The notes beneath the pieces were generated by a model, which was not told the origin of the DNA, made no database searches, and saw only the letters and a program-made list of their open reading frames with translations. Shown here piece after piece: positions 28,802 through 38,844 of a stretch of 64,000 nucleotides of DNA. The stretch is taken from the NCBI GenBank assembly GCA_001029675.1, contig CP011210.1:581663-645662 (forward strand), given 5' to 3'. Source of the stretch: Candidatus Beckwithbacteria bacterium GW2011_GWC1_49_16 (lineage in GTDB: Bacteria > Patescibacteriota > Microgenomatia > UBA1400 > CG1-02-47-37). Position 1 is the first letter of the stretch, and each line of letters starts with the position of its first letter. The position numbers were made by a program, and so were the translations under genes.

Positions 28802-29581
28802 TTAAAAATTATCATTAACTCTTTTAATCTGGCCTTGAAAAAATATCCGCCCGACAATTAACACCACTATTGCCAACATTAAGGTGTAGCCCAGCAGCCA
28901 CCAATCAATTACCTGACCGGTGATTAAAATTGCCTGGGATTGGGTGATGATAACGGCCATCGGATTTAATAAAAACAGTGACTGGTATTTAGCCGGAACG
29001 TAACTCAACGGATAAATAATCGGGCTCAAATACAGCAGTAATTGCAACAATACCTCCCAGATAGATAGCAGGTCTTTCAATTTGGTGTAACCGATACTCA
29101 AAAAGAAGTTCAAACCGATAATCAGTATTGTTAAAATCAAAACCAGTAAGAAAAAATATGGAAGATTGAGTAAAGAACCGTCAGGCTTGACCCAAAACCA
29201 AAACCCCAAGAAGGCTAAAAACCCAAAAAAGAAACTGATAAAAGAGTTGACCACCGAAGTCAAGATGGCAATCGCCTTGGGAAAATTTACTTTAAGAATA
29301 ATGGTTGATTTTTCCGTCAGGCTGGTAATACCCCTAAGCGTCGCTTCGGCAAAATAGGAATAAATGAGTAACCCTAAGAGTAGATTTAAAGAGTAAAGTC
29401 TATCCTGAATTTTAAACGCCAAGGAAAATACCGTAACCATAATGGCAAAAATTAAAAAAGGTTTGAGTAGTACCCAAATAAAGCCAAGTAAAGAGTTGTG
29501 GTAGCGCAGGACAAAATCAGTTCTGACCAATTCATAAAATAAGTCCCAGATGTTGCCACTGAATTTAGGTTTACTCATCAT
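28802..29581 (-). CDS. ABC-2 type transporter permease (Wzm/TagG-like)
   Basis: 259 aa with 6 predicted TM helices, immediately upstream of the ATPase. Confidence 0.7.
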   Translation of the reverse strand: MMSKPKFSGNIWDLFYELVRTDFVLRYHNSLLGFIWVLLKPFLIFAIMVTVFSLAFKIQDRLYSLNLLLGLLIYSYFAEATLRGITSLTEKSTIILKVNFPKAIAILTSVVNSFISFFFGFLAFLGFWFWVKPDGSLLNLPYFFLLVLILTILIIGLNFFLSIGYTKLKDLLSIWEVLLQLLLYLSPIIYPLSYVPAKYQSLFLLNPMAVIITQSQAILITGQVIDWWLLGYTLMLAIVVLIVGRIFFQGQIKRVNDNF

Positions 29582-29604
29582 CGATATTATACTAGGATTA
29601 GCTC

Positions 29605-31446
29605 ATGTGCGGCATTGCCGGAATAATTAATCTTAACGGTCAGCCGGTGGAAGAAAAAGAAATTGGCTTGATGTGTCAGGCGATCGCCCATCGAGGGCCG
29701 GACGATCAGGGAATTTGGATCAAAGGACCGGTTGGTCTTGGTAACCGCCGCTTGTCGATTATTGATTTGAGTTCTGCCGGCAACCAACCGATCCACAACG
29801 AGGATAAAACTGTCTGGATCACTTTTAACGGCGAGATTTACAACTTTAAGGACTTGAGAAAAAACTTAGTCAAAAAAGGCCATAAGTTTTATTCCCAGAC
29901 CGATACTGAAGCCATCGTCCACCTGTGGGAAGAATATGGCCCTAACTGCGTTAAGTTTTTGCGGGGCCAGTTTGCTTTTGGCTTGTGGGATGACAAAAAA
30001 AAGATACTTTTTTTGGCCCGGGATCGGCTGGGGCAAAAACCTTTAAAGTATTATCTGACGGACAAAGAAATCATTTTTGCCTCAGAGCTGAAAGCGATTT
30101 TAAAAGTCAAAGGGGTTAAAAAGGAACTAGACCCGATAGCGGTGGATCATTTTTTCAGTTTGGAAGCGGTGCCGGCGCCTTTGACCGGCTTTGTCAACAT
30201 CAAAAAACTGCCGGCCGCCTCTTACCTGGTGGTTAAAAAGGGCCAGGCGACGATCAAGCGCTACTGGAAATTCAAGTTTCTTCCCAAACACAAACTGGGT
30301 CTTGACGAGTTGAACCAAGAGGTGGTGAGACGTTTGACCGAGGCAGTTGAACTGCGGTTGGTGGCTGACGTGCCGGTGGGGGCGTTTTTATCGGGTGGGG
30401 TCGACTCGTCTTCGATAGTAGCCTTGATGAAAAAACTGGGGCACAAAAACTTAAACACCTTTTCTGTCGGCTTTGAGGAAAAAGAGTTTAGCGAGTTGAA
30501 GTACGCCCGAATGGCGGCGAAAAAGTTTGGCACCAGTCACCACGAGATACTTTTGCGGCCGGATAGTTTTTCCTGGCTAGAAAAGCTGGCTTACCATTAC
30601 GAAGAGCCCTATGGCGACCCGTCGGCTTTACCGACGTACTTGGTCAGTAAGCTGGCGGCCAAGAAATTAAAAGTGGTGTTAAACGGGGACGGGGGCGATG
30701 ACATTTTTGCCGGCTACCAGCGCTACCAAAAGTTTGGGGCGATAAATTTAATCAGCCGCTTACTGCCAAACTGGTCGAGGCGCCTGGCTAAAAATCTAAT
30801 GCCGCCGACGCTGGCCGATCTTTTAAGCCAGCCGGGTTTTGGAGAATACGCGGCCGCTTACCTGGGTTTGACTTCGCCGGTCAACTTTAAGAAACAGCTT
30901 TACTCAAAAGAATTTTATATGCGAATCGATCCCCTATCGGGACAAAAATTGATCTTAAAACAAAAACTGCCGGGCTTGACCCCCCTGGACAACGTCTTGC
31001 TGGCAGACCTAAACATCTACCTGAGTCAGGTGCTTTTGCCTAAAGTGGATATTGCCTCAATGGCCCATGGCCTGGAAGTGCGCTCACCGTTTCTTGACCA
31101 TATTTTGGTCAACTTCGTCAATCAAATTCCGTCGGAGTTGAAGCTAAGGCGGGGCGTGGGCAAGTATATTTTTAAAAAAGCAGTCGAGGGCTTAGTGCCT
31201 GACGAGATTATCAACCGGCCCAAAATGGGTTTTGGATTTCCGCTGGGAAGCTGGCTTAGAAACCAATGGCAAGACGGGGTTAAAGATGTGCTTTTGAATG
31301 AAAAAGCCTTGTCTAGGCAGTACCTAAACCAAGAAGTCGTCAAACAAATGATAGAAAAACCGCTTGAGGGGGAACACTACGACCGGAGATTGTGGCGGGT
31401 GTTGATGTTTGAACTGTGGCTGAAGAGTTATTTTGGCAGGAAGTAA
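29605..31446 (+). CDS. asparagine synthase (glutamine-hydrolysing) family amidotransferase (WbpS/PseA-like)
   Basis: MCGIAGIINLNG N-terminal Ntn Cys2 motif; SGGVDSS PP-loop. Confidence 0.85.
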   Translation: MCGIAGIINLNGQPVEEKEIGLMCQAIAHRGPDDQGIWIKGPVGLGNRRLSIIDLSSAGNQPIHNEDKTVWITFNGEIYNFKDLRKNLVKKGHKFYSQTDTEAIVHLWEEYGPNCVKFLRGQFAFGLWDDKKKILFLARDRLGQKPLKYYLTDKEIIFASELKAILKVKGVKKELDPIAVDHFFSLEAVPAPLTGFVNIKKLPAASYLVVKKGQATIKRYWKFKFLPKHKLGLDELNQEVVRRLTEAVELRLVADVPVGAFLSGGVDSSSIVALMKKLGHKNLNTFSVGFEEKEFSELKYARMAAKKFGTSHHEILLRPDSFSWLEKLAYHYEEPYGDPSALPTYLVSKLAAKKLKVVLNGDGGDDIFAGYQRYQKFGAINLISRLLPNWSRRLAKNLMPPTLADLLSQPGFGEYAAAYLGLTSPVNFKKQLYSKEFYMRIDPLSGQKLILKQKLPGLTPLDNVLLADLNIYLSQVLLPKVDIASMAHGLEVRSPFLDHILVNFVNQIPSELKLRRGVGKYIFKKAVEGLVPDEIINRPKMGFGFPLGSWLRNQWQDGVKDVLLNEKALSRQYLNQEVVKQMIEKPLEGEHYDRRLWRVLMFELWLKSYFGRK

Positions 31447-32852
31447 ATTTCCACGCCGTAGTCGTCCAGGCTGTCACCGGCCAGTTTTTGGGCCCGAGTC
31501 TTGATGTAGCCTATGGTTTCTGGTTCAAGGCGGACGGCTTTTTCTTTTTCCCAAGTGATAAAAGTGCCGGGAGCCAGGGTGGCCGCGTCGGTGGCGGTTA
31601 AATCCAAGATTTGGGTTTGGCCGGGCAGGTCTTTTAAGTAGTAGTCTCTGACTTGGACACCGGCGATTTGGTCGCCCGCCTCAAAACGGTCAAGAATCAA
31701 CTGGTAGGCAGACCTTAGCTGGGATCTGTCGTCTCGACCAAAATACAAATACCTGACGCCTCCGGCCAAACGCCAAAGGGAGAAAAAAATCAACGCCGAC
31801 CAAGTCAAAACGATCAAAGGCCGGCTGCGTTCAAAAAGAAGCTTGGCGGAGATAAGCGCCAAAAGTAAAATCAATGGCAGCAGGTGGGCCAGGTAAGCTG
31901 ACGCCGGTGGCAGTTTACTGAAAAAAATTAAAAAGACCAAGCTGGTAAAAACAATTAGGCTCAAGTAGGCGGTTTTGGGGCGAGTTACCAGTTTTGGCAA
32001 AGCCAAAACCACCAGGACAAACTCCGGCATAAAACTTAAATACTGCCAGTAAGGTTGATGGAGAGAAATAAAGTAGGGGTGGAAAAAGTTTATTCCCGAG
32101 TAAAGACTAAAGCCTGCTAGCAGCAGCAGCGCGGCCAAAAGCCACCAGAAAAGCTTCCGGCCATAAAAGAAACTGTAGATCAAAAGCGCTGCCGGCAAAA
32201 GCAGAGTCAAAAGCTGGAGCCAGTAGGAAAAAAGCAACAATAACCCGGCAGCCAGCCAGAGCTTGGGGTTTTTGGGTTTTTTGATCAACTTGAAAATAAA
32301 GTAGACCGCACCCAAGAAAACCAACCCAAACAGAGAATAGAAACGAGCGTAGCGGCTTAGATCGATCAGGGGGAAAGAGACGGCGACAAGAAAACTCAAA
32401 AGCAAAGCCAGTTTTTTTGAGCCGGTGAAAAAGCGGGCAAAAAAGTAGCTAAAACCAACCAGGAGAGTGCCGGACAGAACCGCGATAAGGCGAGAAGTAA
32501 ACTCGGAGATACCAAAAGTGTAATAGACGCCAGCCAGAGCGGTTAAGTAGGGCCAGGCCCGAGCGTAGTGAGTATCGCTGGGAGCGTCTTTGACAAAATC
32601 CCACAAATAAATTTCGCTGACTAGGTTGGGGATGGTTTCGTTGTTTAAAACCAGAGCCAAAAATCTTGACTTAAGGGTCTTAGGGGTGTGACGGCAGTTG
32701 GCGCTATCCTGCCAGCAGTAAGTCAAGTAGGCGGCGGCTTTAAGGCTGGTGAACTCTTCCTCTTTAAAATCGGGCTGGCCAACTCTAAATAATCTTAAAA
32801 ACAAAGCCAAAAGGGTGATGGCGATGAGGATCAGTTTGGTGCTTCTGGCCAT
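31428..32852 (-). CDS. ArnT/PMT-like GT-C membrane glycosyltransferase
   Basis: 474 aa, polytopic. N-terminal LFRVGQPDFKEEEF acidic loop. Confidence 0.55.
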   Translation of the reverse strand: MARSTKLILIAITLLALFLRLFRVGQPDFKEEEFTSLKAAAYLTYCWQDSANCRHTPKTLKSRFLALVLNNETIPNLVSEIYLWDFVKDAPSDTHYARAWPYLTALAGVYYTFGISEFTSRLIAVLSGTLLVGFSYFFARFFTGSKKLALLLSFLVAVSFPLIDLSRYARFYSLFGLVFLGAVYFIFKLIKKPKNPKLWLAAGLLLLFSYWLQLLTLLLPAALLIYSFFYGRKLFWWLLAALLLLAGFSLYSGINFFHPYFISLHQPYWQYLSFMPEFVLVVLALPKLVTRPKTAYLSLIVFTSLVFLIFFSKLPPASAYLAHLLPLILLLALISAKLLFERSRPLIVLTWSALIFFSLWRLAGGVRYLYFGRDDRSQLRSAYQLILDRFEAGDQIAGVQVRDYYLKDLPGQTQILDLTATDAATLAPGTFITWEKEKAVRLEPETIGYIKTRAQKLAGDSLDDYGVEIYFLPK

Positions 32853-32872
32853 ACGTCTAGTATAATTAGGCC
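32853..32872. promoter_or_regulatory. divergent intergenic region with CTAGTATAAT, a -10-like box 6 nt upstream of the ATG at 32873
   Basis: acgtctagtataattaggcc ATG. Implies a leaderless or near-leaderless transcript. Confidence 0.35.
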
Positions 32873-34075
32873 ATGGCTAAACTGAAACCGGCAATTGTTG
32901 AAGGCAGGCCCCAACGAGGCAAGTTTTTGATTTTCGGCGCGCCGCGGTTTTTTAAGGCGGAACTGACAGAAATGCTCGATACCATCCGCTCGGGCTGGTG
33001 GGGTACGGGGCCAAAGGTGGCCCAGTTTGAGTCAGACTTTGCCCGCTACGCCCACACAGCTCATGCGGTGGGGGTAAATTCAGCCACGGCGGCGATGCAC
33101 CTGGGGCTGGATATCCTGGGAGTCGGCCCGGGCGATGAAGTCATCACCACACCGCTGACCTTTGTTTCCACTGCCAATGTCATCGAGCACGTCGGCGCCA
33201 AAGTGGTCTTTGCCGATGTTGATCGAACCACGGGCAACATTGATCCGGTTGAGATTGGCAAGAAAATAACCAAAAAAACCCGGGCGATCATTCCGGTCGA
33301 CCTTTACGGCCGGCCGGCAGATTATGGAGCAATCATGAAACTGGCCCGAAAACACAAACTCTATGTCATCGAGGACGCGGCCCACGCTACCGAGTCCTGG
33401 TATAAAGGCAAAAAAGTGGGTTCGATCGCCGACCTGACCGCTTTTTCTTTTTATGTAACCAAGAACGTGGCCACCGGCGAAGGCGGAATGTTGACCACCA
33501 ACAACAAATCCTGGGCAGACAAGGTTCGCGTCAGGCGGCTCCACGGCTTGTCGGCCGACGCCTGGAAGCGCTACTCGGCCGAAGGCTACCAGCCTTACGA
33601 GGGGGTGTATCCGGGCTACAAGTACAACATGATGGACATCCAGGCTTCTTTGGGGATTCACCAGTTAAAACGGGCAGAAAAGAACCTGAAAATCAGAAAC
33701 AGATACTGGAAAAAGTACACGTCTGCTTTCAAAAAACTTGACGGGGTGATACCGCCGGCGGCGGACGAGGTCAAAACGGTTCACGCTAGACATCTTTATG
33801 CGATAAATCTTGAGCTGGAGAAATTGAAGATAGGCAGAAATAAATTTATCGATGCTTTAAAAGCCGAAAACATCGGCGCCGGCATCCACTTTACCGCGCT
33901 TCATCTTCATAAGTTTTACAAAGATAAGTACGGCTTTAAAAAAGGTGATTTCCCCCATGCCGAGTGGATTGGAGAAAGAACCGTATCACTGCCCTTTTAC
34001 CCCCACATGAGCGAGAAAGACGTTGAGGATGTGATAGCTGCAGTGACCAAGATCGTTAACTTCTACCGAAAGTGA
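32873..34075 (+). CDS. DegT/DnrJ/EryC1/StrS family PLP-dependent sugar aminotransferase (ArnB-like)
   Basis: SFYVTKNVATGEGGM contains the PLP-lysine motif. Confidence 0.8.
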   Translation: MAKLKPAIVEGRPQRGKFLIFGAPRFFKAELTEMLDTIRSGWWGTGPKVAQFESDFARYAHTAHAVGVNSATAAMHLGLDILGVGPGDEVITTPLTFVSTANVIEHVGAKVVFADVDRTTGNIDPVEIGKKITKKTRAIIPVDLYGRPADYGAIMKLARKHKLYVIEDAAHATESWYKGKKVGSIADLTAFSFYVTKNVATGEGGMLTTNNKSWADKVRVRRLHGLSADAWKRYSAEGYQPYEGVYPGYKYNMMDIQASLGIHQLKRAEKNLKIRNRYWKKYTSAFKKLDGVIPPAADEVKTVHARHLYAINLELEKLKIGRNKFIDALKAENIGAGIHFTALHLHKFYKDKYGFKKGDFPHAEWIGERTVSLPFYPHMSEKDVEDVIAAVTKIVNFYRK

Positions 34076-35822
34076 TTTTTCCACCTCTAAGGTGGAAAAT
34101 GGTAAACAGTAGAGTAATTAGACTCAACCAGCCGGCTACTTGGCGTAAAGGGGTGGAGGTGAATTGGGCGGTGACGGTGTGGTTACCGGGGTCAACCTCA
34201 AAGACCATCATGCCATTGACATCATCGAGGTTGGCTTTGATTTGAGGGGTTAAGTCAATTGAGTCGGCGGAGATTTGCCAGCCGGGATAGTAGGCGGTGT
34301 TTAACCTTAAGCTGCTGGCCTGGCTGCAGTCGGCGCTGAAGGTTTGTAGGTTTGATTTAACGATCTGGTCGGCGACAGTGCAGTCACCGGAGAGGACTTC
34401 AAGCTTTTGGTCGGGGAAAGCTTGGGGCATATCTTTAACCCAGACGGGCAAGTGCTCGTTCCAGCCGGTGGCCACGCCGATGTAGCTTTCAAAAAACTTA
34501 TTATCATAAGCGCGGACTTCGTTAATCCGCAAGTGGTTGCGGTTGCCGTAGAGCGCCAGCGCTATCAGTAAACTGTAAACAGCAATCAGTAAACGGTGAT
34601 TTTTGACGGCTTTAACCAAAAAGCCGGCGGAGAGGGCGGCGGAAAATACGGCCAACGGCAAAAAAAGCCAGGGAATGCCGACGGTAGGCAATAAAGGCAA
34701 AAAATCCCAGACGGGTTGGGAAACTTGAAGCATTAAAAAGATGCTCAAAGAGAAGGCAATTAAAAAAGGCCAGAGTTTTCTGGTTAAAGTTTTGGGGCGA
34801 CGAAAGATTAGAGCGGCGGCAGCTAGGCCGACCGCTAGCCATTGGGCAATACCGACCTGTTGGGACACGGGATTGTTCCCCCATCCAGGAGCGTCTGTCC
34901 CCCACCGGGAATACAAAAGCCGTTTAAGAGAGACAAATTGCTCCGGATACTGACTCAAGACAAAGTCGTCAAAGTGAGTGTACTTGAGCTCCAAAAGCGC
35001 CGGCAGGATAAACCAAGCAGTCAGGCCAAGCGTTAACAGAAAACTTATACTCAAATACTTAAATGGTTTCCACTCCGGGAGAAATCTGCGGCCATTCCCG
35101 GAGTGACGGAGATGAGTCAAGATAAAAAAAACCACTAAGGGTAAAAAGACTATTGGGCTAATAAAGTTAGAAGAAAACCAAAACGAAACAACTAGACCTA
35201 GGTAGATAGATCGTTTCAAATTAGGCCTTTTTAGCAGCCGGTAGAGTAACAAAAAAGTCAAGGGAATAAAGGCAAAAGAGGTAACGGCCCCCAAGGCCGC
35301 GCCGATAAAGATTTTTTCAAAAATCGGTGGGGCCCAAGACCAGAGTAAAGCCGAGATAAAGCCGGCCCGGCGGGATTGCCAGTAGGTAGTGGCAAAATAG
35401 TACATGGCAATTGTGGAAATAAGATAGGCTAAAACAAAAGTTAGTTTTAAAGAGACGGCCAGGTTGAAGCCAGACAGATAAAAAGCTTCGGCGACAAAAT
35501 AAGGCAAAGGGTAGGCAAAAATAAACACCGGGTAGCCGCGGCCGGCAAGTAAGCCGCCAGCCCAGCGGGGCGGAACTTGGCCGTCTTTTAGAGCATTGTC
35601 AAACTGGTAGAGTCTGACAAGGTGGTTTTGGGCGTCGTGGCCGTCGTAAAAATCCGGTCCCCAAAAAGTCCTCATGGCAAAAAGGCCCAGGGCGAGCAAA
35701 ATAACAATAATAACCACACCCGGTGTGTGCCCCTCCAGAGGCGGGCAGGCGCGGCGCAACTCCACACCGGGTGTGAAAGCTTTTAGAGGTGGAAGTTTTA
35801 AGGCTTTCAGCTCCATACCCAA
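34056..35822 (-). CDS. large polytopic membrane protein, YfhO-like (candidate GT-C), with a C-terminal extracytoplasmic domain and a final TM helix
   Basis: 588 aa. GPDFYDGHDAQNHLVRL loop motif. The N-terminal roughly 50 aa of the track ORF are probably not translated. Confidence 0.4.
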   Translation of the reverse strand: MGMELKALKLPPLKAFTPGVELRRACPPLEGHTPGVVIIVILLALGLFAMRTFWGPDFYDGHDAQNHLVRLYQFDNALKDGQVPPRWAGGLLAGRGYPVFIFAYPLPYFVAEAFYLSGFNLAVSLKLTFVLAYLISTIAMYYFATTYWQSRRAGFISALLWSWAPPIFEKIFIGAALGAVTSFAFIPLTFLLLYRLLKRPNLKRSIYLGLVVSFWFSSNFISPIVFLPLVVFFILTHLRHSGNGRRFLPEWKPFKYLSISFLLTLGLTAWFILPALLELKYTHFDDFVLSQYPEQFVSLKRLLYSRWGTDAPGWGNNPVSQQVGIAQWLAVGLAAAALIFRRPKTLTRKLWPFLIAFSLSIFLMLQVSQPVWDFLPLLPTVGIPWLFLPLAVFSAALSAGFLVKAVKNHRLLIAVYSLLIALALYGNRNHLRINEVRAYDNKFFESYIGVATGWNEHLPVWVKDMPQAFPDQKLEVLSGDCTVADQIVKSNLQTFSADCSQASSLRLNTAYYPGWQISADSIDLTPQIKANLDDVNGMMVFEVDPGNHTVTAQFTSTPLRQVAGWLSLITLLFTIFHLRGGKITFGRS

Positions 35823-37291
35823 CCGAAGTATTGGTAAACGGTAGCCAGGCCGATCAAGTTAAGCCCAATGGCGGCGGCGATGATCAGGCGGGACAAAACC
35901 GGGTAGTGTTTTTTGGCGACTAGCTGACTTAAACCTAAAACCAAAAAAATCATCTGACCGGCGACTACCGGGAGTAAATAGCGGCCTTGGATGCCGTAGA
36001 TTTCTCCTGAAGCGGCAAAGATCTTAAAATCATTTAAGACCACCACTGCTAAATGCGATAAAACCACTAAGCCCAAAAAACCCACCTGGCGGCGGAAAAG
36101 TTTTGTTTGGCGGGCGAGTTTAAAGCCTAAAGCAGCCAGCCCGGCGGCGGCGGCCAGAACAACCAGTTTTAAAAGCCGGTAAACCCAAAGAGGCAAGGTG
36201 GCTTCCAGCCAGCCAAAAACGCCCCAGTACCAAGGGAAAACCTGGGCCAGATGCCCGGGAGCGGTGGCGGCTAAATAGTCTTTAAACTGAAAAAAGATTT
36301 TACCGGTAAACAAACTTTCGAGGAAAAATTGAGCGTGATAGGCGTATTCGTTGAGGTTGGTAAGATACAAAAGCTGGTTACTTAAAAAGTTATTGCTGGT
36401 TATCAGGCTGGTTAAGGCCGCGGGCAGAAGAGATAAAATGGCCACAAGAACAAAAATAGCCGGCAAGATGAGTTTAAGCCGGTTTTTTTTAACCAAAAAA
36501 ACTAGCGTAAATGGTAAGACGATTAAATCCGGTTTGATTAAAACAGCTAAAAACCCGGTTGCCAAAGACCATCTAAACCAAGGCCTTTTTCTGGTTTTAA
36601 GAAAATTTAGGCTCAAGAAAATAAAGGCGGTGGTAACCAGGACTGCCAAGGGGTCGTAATGGACGCCCACGCCGATAAAGCTTAGGGTGGGCTGGAAAGC
36701 AACCAGAGCCGCCGCGGCCATCGCTAGATCCAGACGTCTGAAAACTAACTGGGCGGTTTGATAGGCAAGGTAAACCGTGGCCAGCCCGGCTAAAACAGAA
36801 AAAAACCTGACCAAAAAAAAGCGCCAAAGAAATGATTGAGACTTGACACTCAAATAAAAGGGCGTGGCTAAAAAGTAGTAAAGCGGGGGGCGCTTTAAGG
36901 ATTTTTGTTGGCTGTTGGGAAGGAAAACCGACCGATCAGATTGAGGGATGTTTTTAATCGCTTTAATCCAATTAGATTGATAACCTAGCCAAACAGGGTG
37001 AACGATTTTCCAGTTAAAATTTACCAAACTGGAAACCGTCAAAGCTTCCTGAGAGGTAACTAATTCCCGGCGCGGGTGGGGCCTTCTGCCTTTTTCGGCT
37101 ATAAACTGGACGATGCTAAAATGGCTGGGTTCATCGGGAACTTGAAAGATGGGAGTTAATCCCATCCAGGCAAGACTTTTAATCAGGACGACCACCAGTA
37201 AAACTTTTAACGCTTTAGGCATTTTTGGGTGAGTTTGACGCTTAATAAAATTATACTCGCCAGATAAGCGAAAAGAACCGGGGCTAACCAA
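35807..37291 (-). CDS. DUF2142-family polytopic membrane protein (GT-C-like)
   Basis: FQVPDEPSHF, the N-terminal PDE..H motif shared with its tandem paralog. The likely start is the internal MPKALKV. Confidence 0.5.
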   Translation of the reverse strand: MVSPGSFRLSGEYNFIKRQTHPKMPKALKVLLVVVLIKSLAWMGLTPIFQVPDEPSHFSIVQFIAEKGRRPHPRRELVTSQEALTVSSLVNFNWKIVHPVWLGYQSNWIKAIKNIPQSDRSVFLPNSQQKSLKRPPLYYFLATPFYLSVKSQSFLWRFFLVRFFSVLAGLATVYLAYQTAQLVFRRLDLAMAAAALVAFQPTLSFIGVGVHYDPLAVLVTTAFIFLSLNFLKTRKRPWFRWSLATGFLAVLIKPDLIVLPFTLVFLVKKNRLKLILPAIFVLVAILSLLPAALTSLITSNNFLSNQLLYLTNLNEYAYHAQFFLESLFTGKIFFQFKDYLAATAPGHLAQVFPWYWGVFGWLEATLPLWVYRLLKLVVLAAAAGLAALGFKLARQTKLFRRQVGFLGLVVLSHLAVVVLNDFKIFAASGEIYGIQGRYLLPVVAGQMIFLVLGLSQLVAKKHYPVLSRLIIAAAIGLNLIGLATVYQYFGWVWS

Positions 37292-38799
37292 ATTCCTTTG
37301 GCAAAAAAGGGTTTGTATTGGCTAGCCTGGATGATAAAAACGCTTAAACTGGTAACATCATAGTAGGCGCTGGCGACGACAAACAAGGCAATTAGATTAA
37401 GAGCCAAAAACCAGAGGGATAAAATTAACAGCCAGTATCGGGCGACCCGACGGCCAAAAAGAGCAAAAACGGAATTTACCCCCACTGCCAACAAAATCAT
37501 CTGGGCGGAGATGACCGGGAAGTAGTAACGGCCCTGGACGCCGAAAGAAAAGCCGTTGTTTCTGGTAAAGGAAAAGTCCCAGATAAAAAGAGATAAAAAA
37601 TAACCTAAGGCGGCCCACGCAGTCAGGCCTAAAAGAAGAGTTTGTTTGGTCCATTGTTTATTTTTAATTATGGAAATTAGCTTAATCATTAAGCCCAGGC
37701 CGGAAATTGCCAAAAGGCGCATCAGGATGCGGTTGATGGCTCGAGGCAAAACCACCCCCAGCCAGTTAAAGACTCCCCAATACCAAGGTAAAACTTCACG
37801 GACGGTGTGGGTCAACGTTGCTTTAAAATGCTGCCATAAAGTCAGATCGGGTAAAACCCGATCGGCCCTAACTTTAAAAGTCAAATAGGGCAACTGGCCG
37901 CTAAAGAATATTGCCAGCAAATTTTTGGTTCTGGCCGGAGACAAGACTAAGGCCACTAGTAAAACCAAAGGCAACAAGGCTAGATACTGAAGCGTTTTTT
38001 TCCTGTTTTTGATCAAAGCGGCCACCAGTGCCGGTACAACCAGGGTGAAGGCGATAAAAAACTGCTGTTTGTTAATTAGCCCAACCCCCAGGACTAAACT
38101 CAACCAGAGAAAGTCTCTGCGCCGCGGCAAGGCGGCAATTTTAAGCGAGAGATAAATGACGGCGGTATAGAGAAGGTTATGGAGATTGTCGCTGGTGACG
38201 CCGGCGGAAACAAAACTTAACATGGGGTGGAAACCGGCCAAAATGGCAGAAGTTAGAACCAGAAACTGATTTTGAGGAAAAATGAGTTTAGCGGTTAAGT
38301 AAACCAGCCAAACCATGAGCAGATGAGCGGCTAGCCAAAAGAGCCGGACGGCAAAGACGCGGACAAAAAGGTCGGCTGGGTAAAAAAATTTATAAACCAG
38401 CGCCGAGACTTGATAGAAAAAGTGAGGGTAGTAGGCAGACTCGCGGATGACAAAATTTTTCCGCGTAGAGAGGGGCAGAGATTTTATTTCTTCCTCTTGG
38501 GGGCCGGTTAAATTGTCTGAATAAGGCAGACGGTACTCGGGGTGAAAAGTAAACTTATTGTTGCCCTTTTCATCTCTTTTAGTGCCCAGGATAGTGAGTG
38601 AAGTATAGATTTCTTCGGTCATGTCCGGGTAGCGGCCGTGGCGGGTTAACTCCCCGCCTTCGGCGATAAAAGCCACATGGCCAAAGTGGGCCTGCTCGTC
38701 GGGAAAGTGCCACAAGGGCACCAAGAGCGACCAGGCAAGGAATTTGATTACCACGGCTAACCAAACTACATTAATCACCCTTGATTTTTTCAATGTCAT
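37207..38799 (-). CDS. DUF2142-family polytopic membrane protein (GT-C-like), paralog
   Basis: WHFPDEQAHF motif; 530 aa, highly hydrophobic. Confidence 0.5.
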   Translation of the reverse strand: MTLKKSRVINVVWLAVVIKFLAWSLLVPLWHFPDEQAHFGHVAFIAEGGELTRHGRYPDMTEEIYTSLTILGTKRDEKGNNKFTFHPEYRLPYSDNLTGPQEEEIKSLPLSTRKNFVIRESAYYPHFFYQVSALVYKFFYPADLFVRVFAVRLFWLAAHLLMVWLVYLTAKLIFPQNQFLVLTSAILAGFHPMLSFVSAGVTSDNLHNLLYTAVIYLSLKIAALPRRRDFLWLSLVLGVGLINKQQFFIAFTLVVPALVAALIKNRKKTLQYLALLPLVLLVALVLSPARTKNLLAIFFSGQLPYLTFKVRADRVLPDLTLWQHFKATLTHTVREVLPWYWGVFNWLGVVLPRAINRILMRLLAISGLGLMIKLISIIKNKQWTKQTLLLGLTAWAALGYFLSLFIWDFSFTRNNGFSFGVQGRYYFPVISAQMILLAVGVNSVFALFGRRVARYWLLILSLWFLALNLIALFVVASAYYDVTSLSVFIIQASQYKPFFAKGIWLAPVLFAYLASIILLSVKLTQKCLKR

Positions 38800-38844
38800 G
38801 GTAAAATTATATACTGGCGTGAGCCAAAAACTAAATTCAGTGAC

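Noticed and set aside
33080-33661. 193-aa minus-strand ORF inside the ArnB-like aminotransferase gene
   Set aside because: It is antisense to a strongly supported DegT gene. The GC-rich frame yields a long but Arg/Gly-rich spurious ORF.
34056-35822. N-terminal 50 aa of the track ORF (MGMELKALKLPPLKAF…)
   Set aside because: This extension overlaps the upstream DUF2142 gene and is non-hydrophobic. The real start is probably an internal Met just before the first TM segment.
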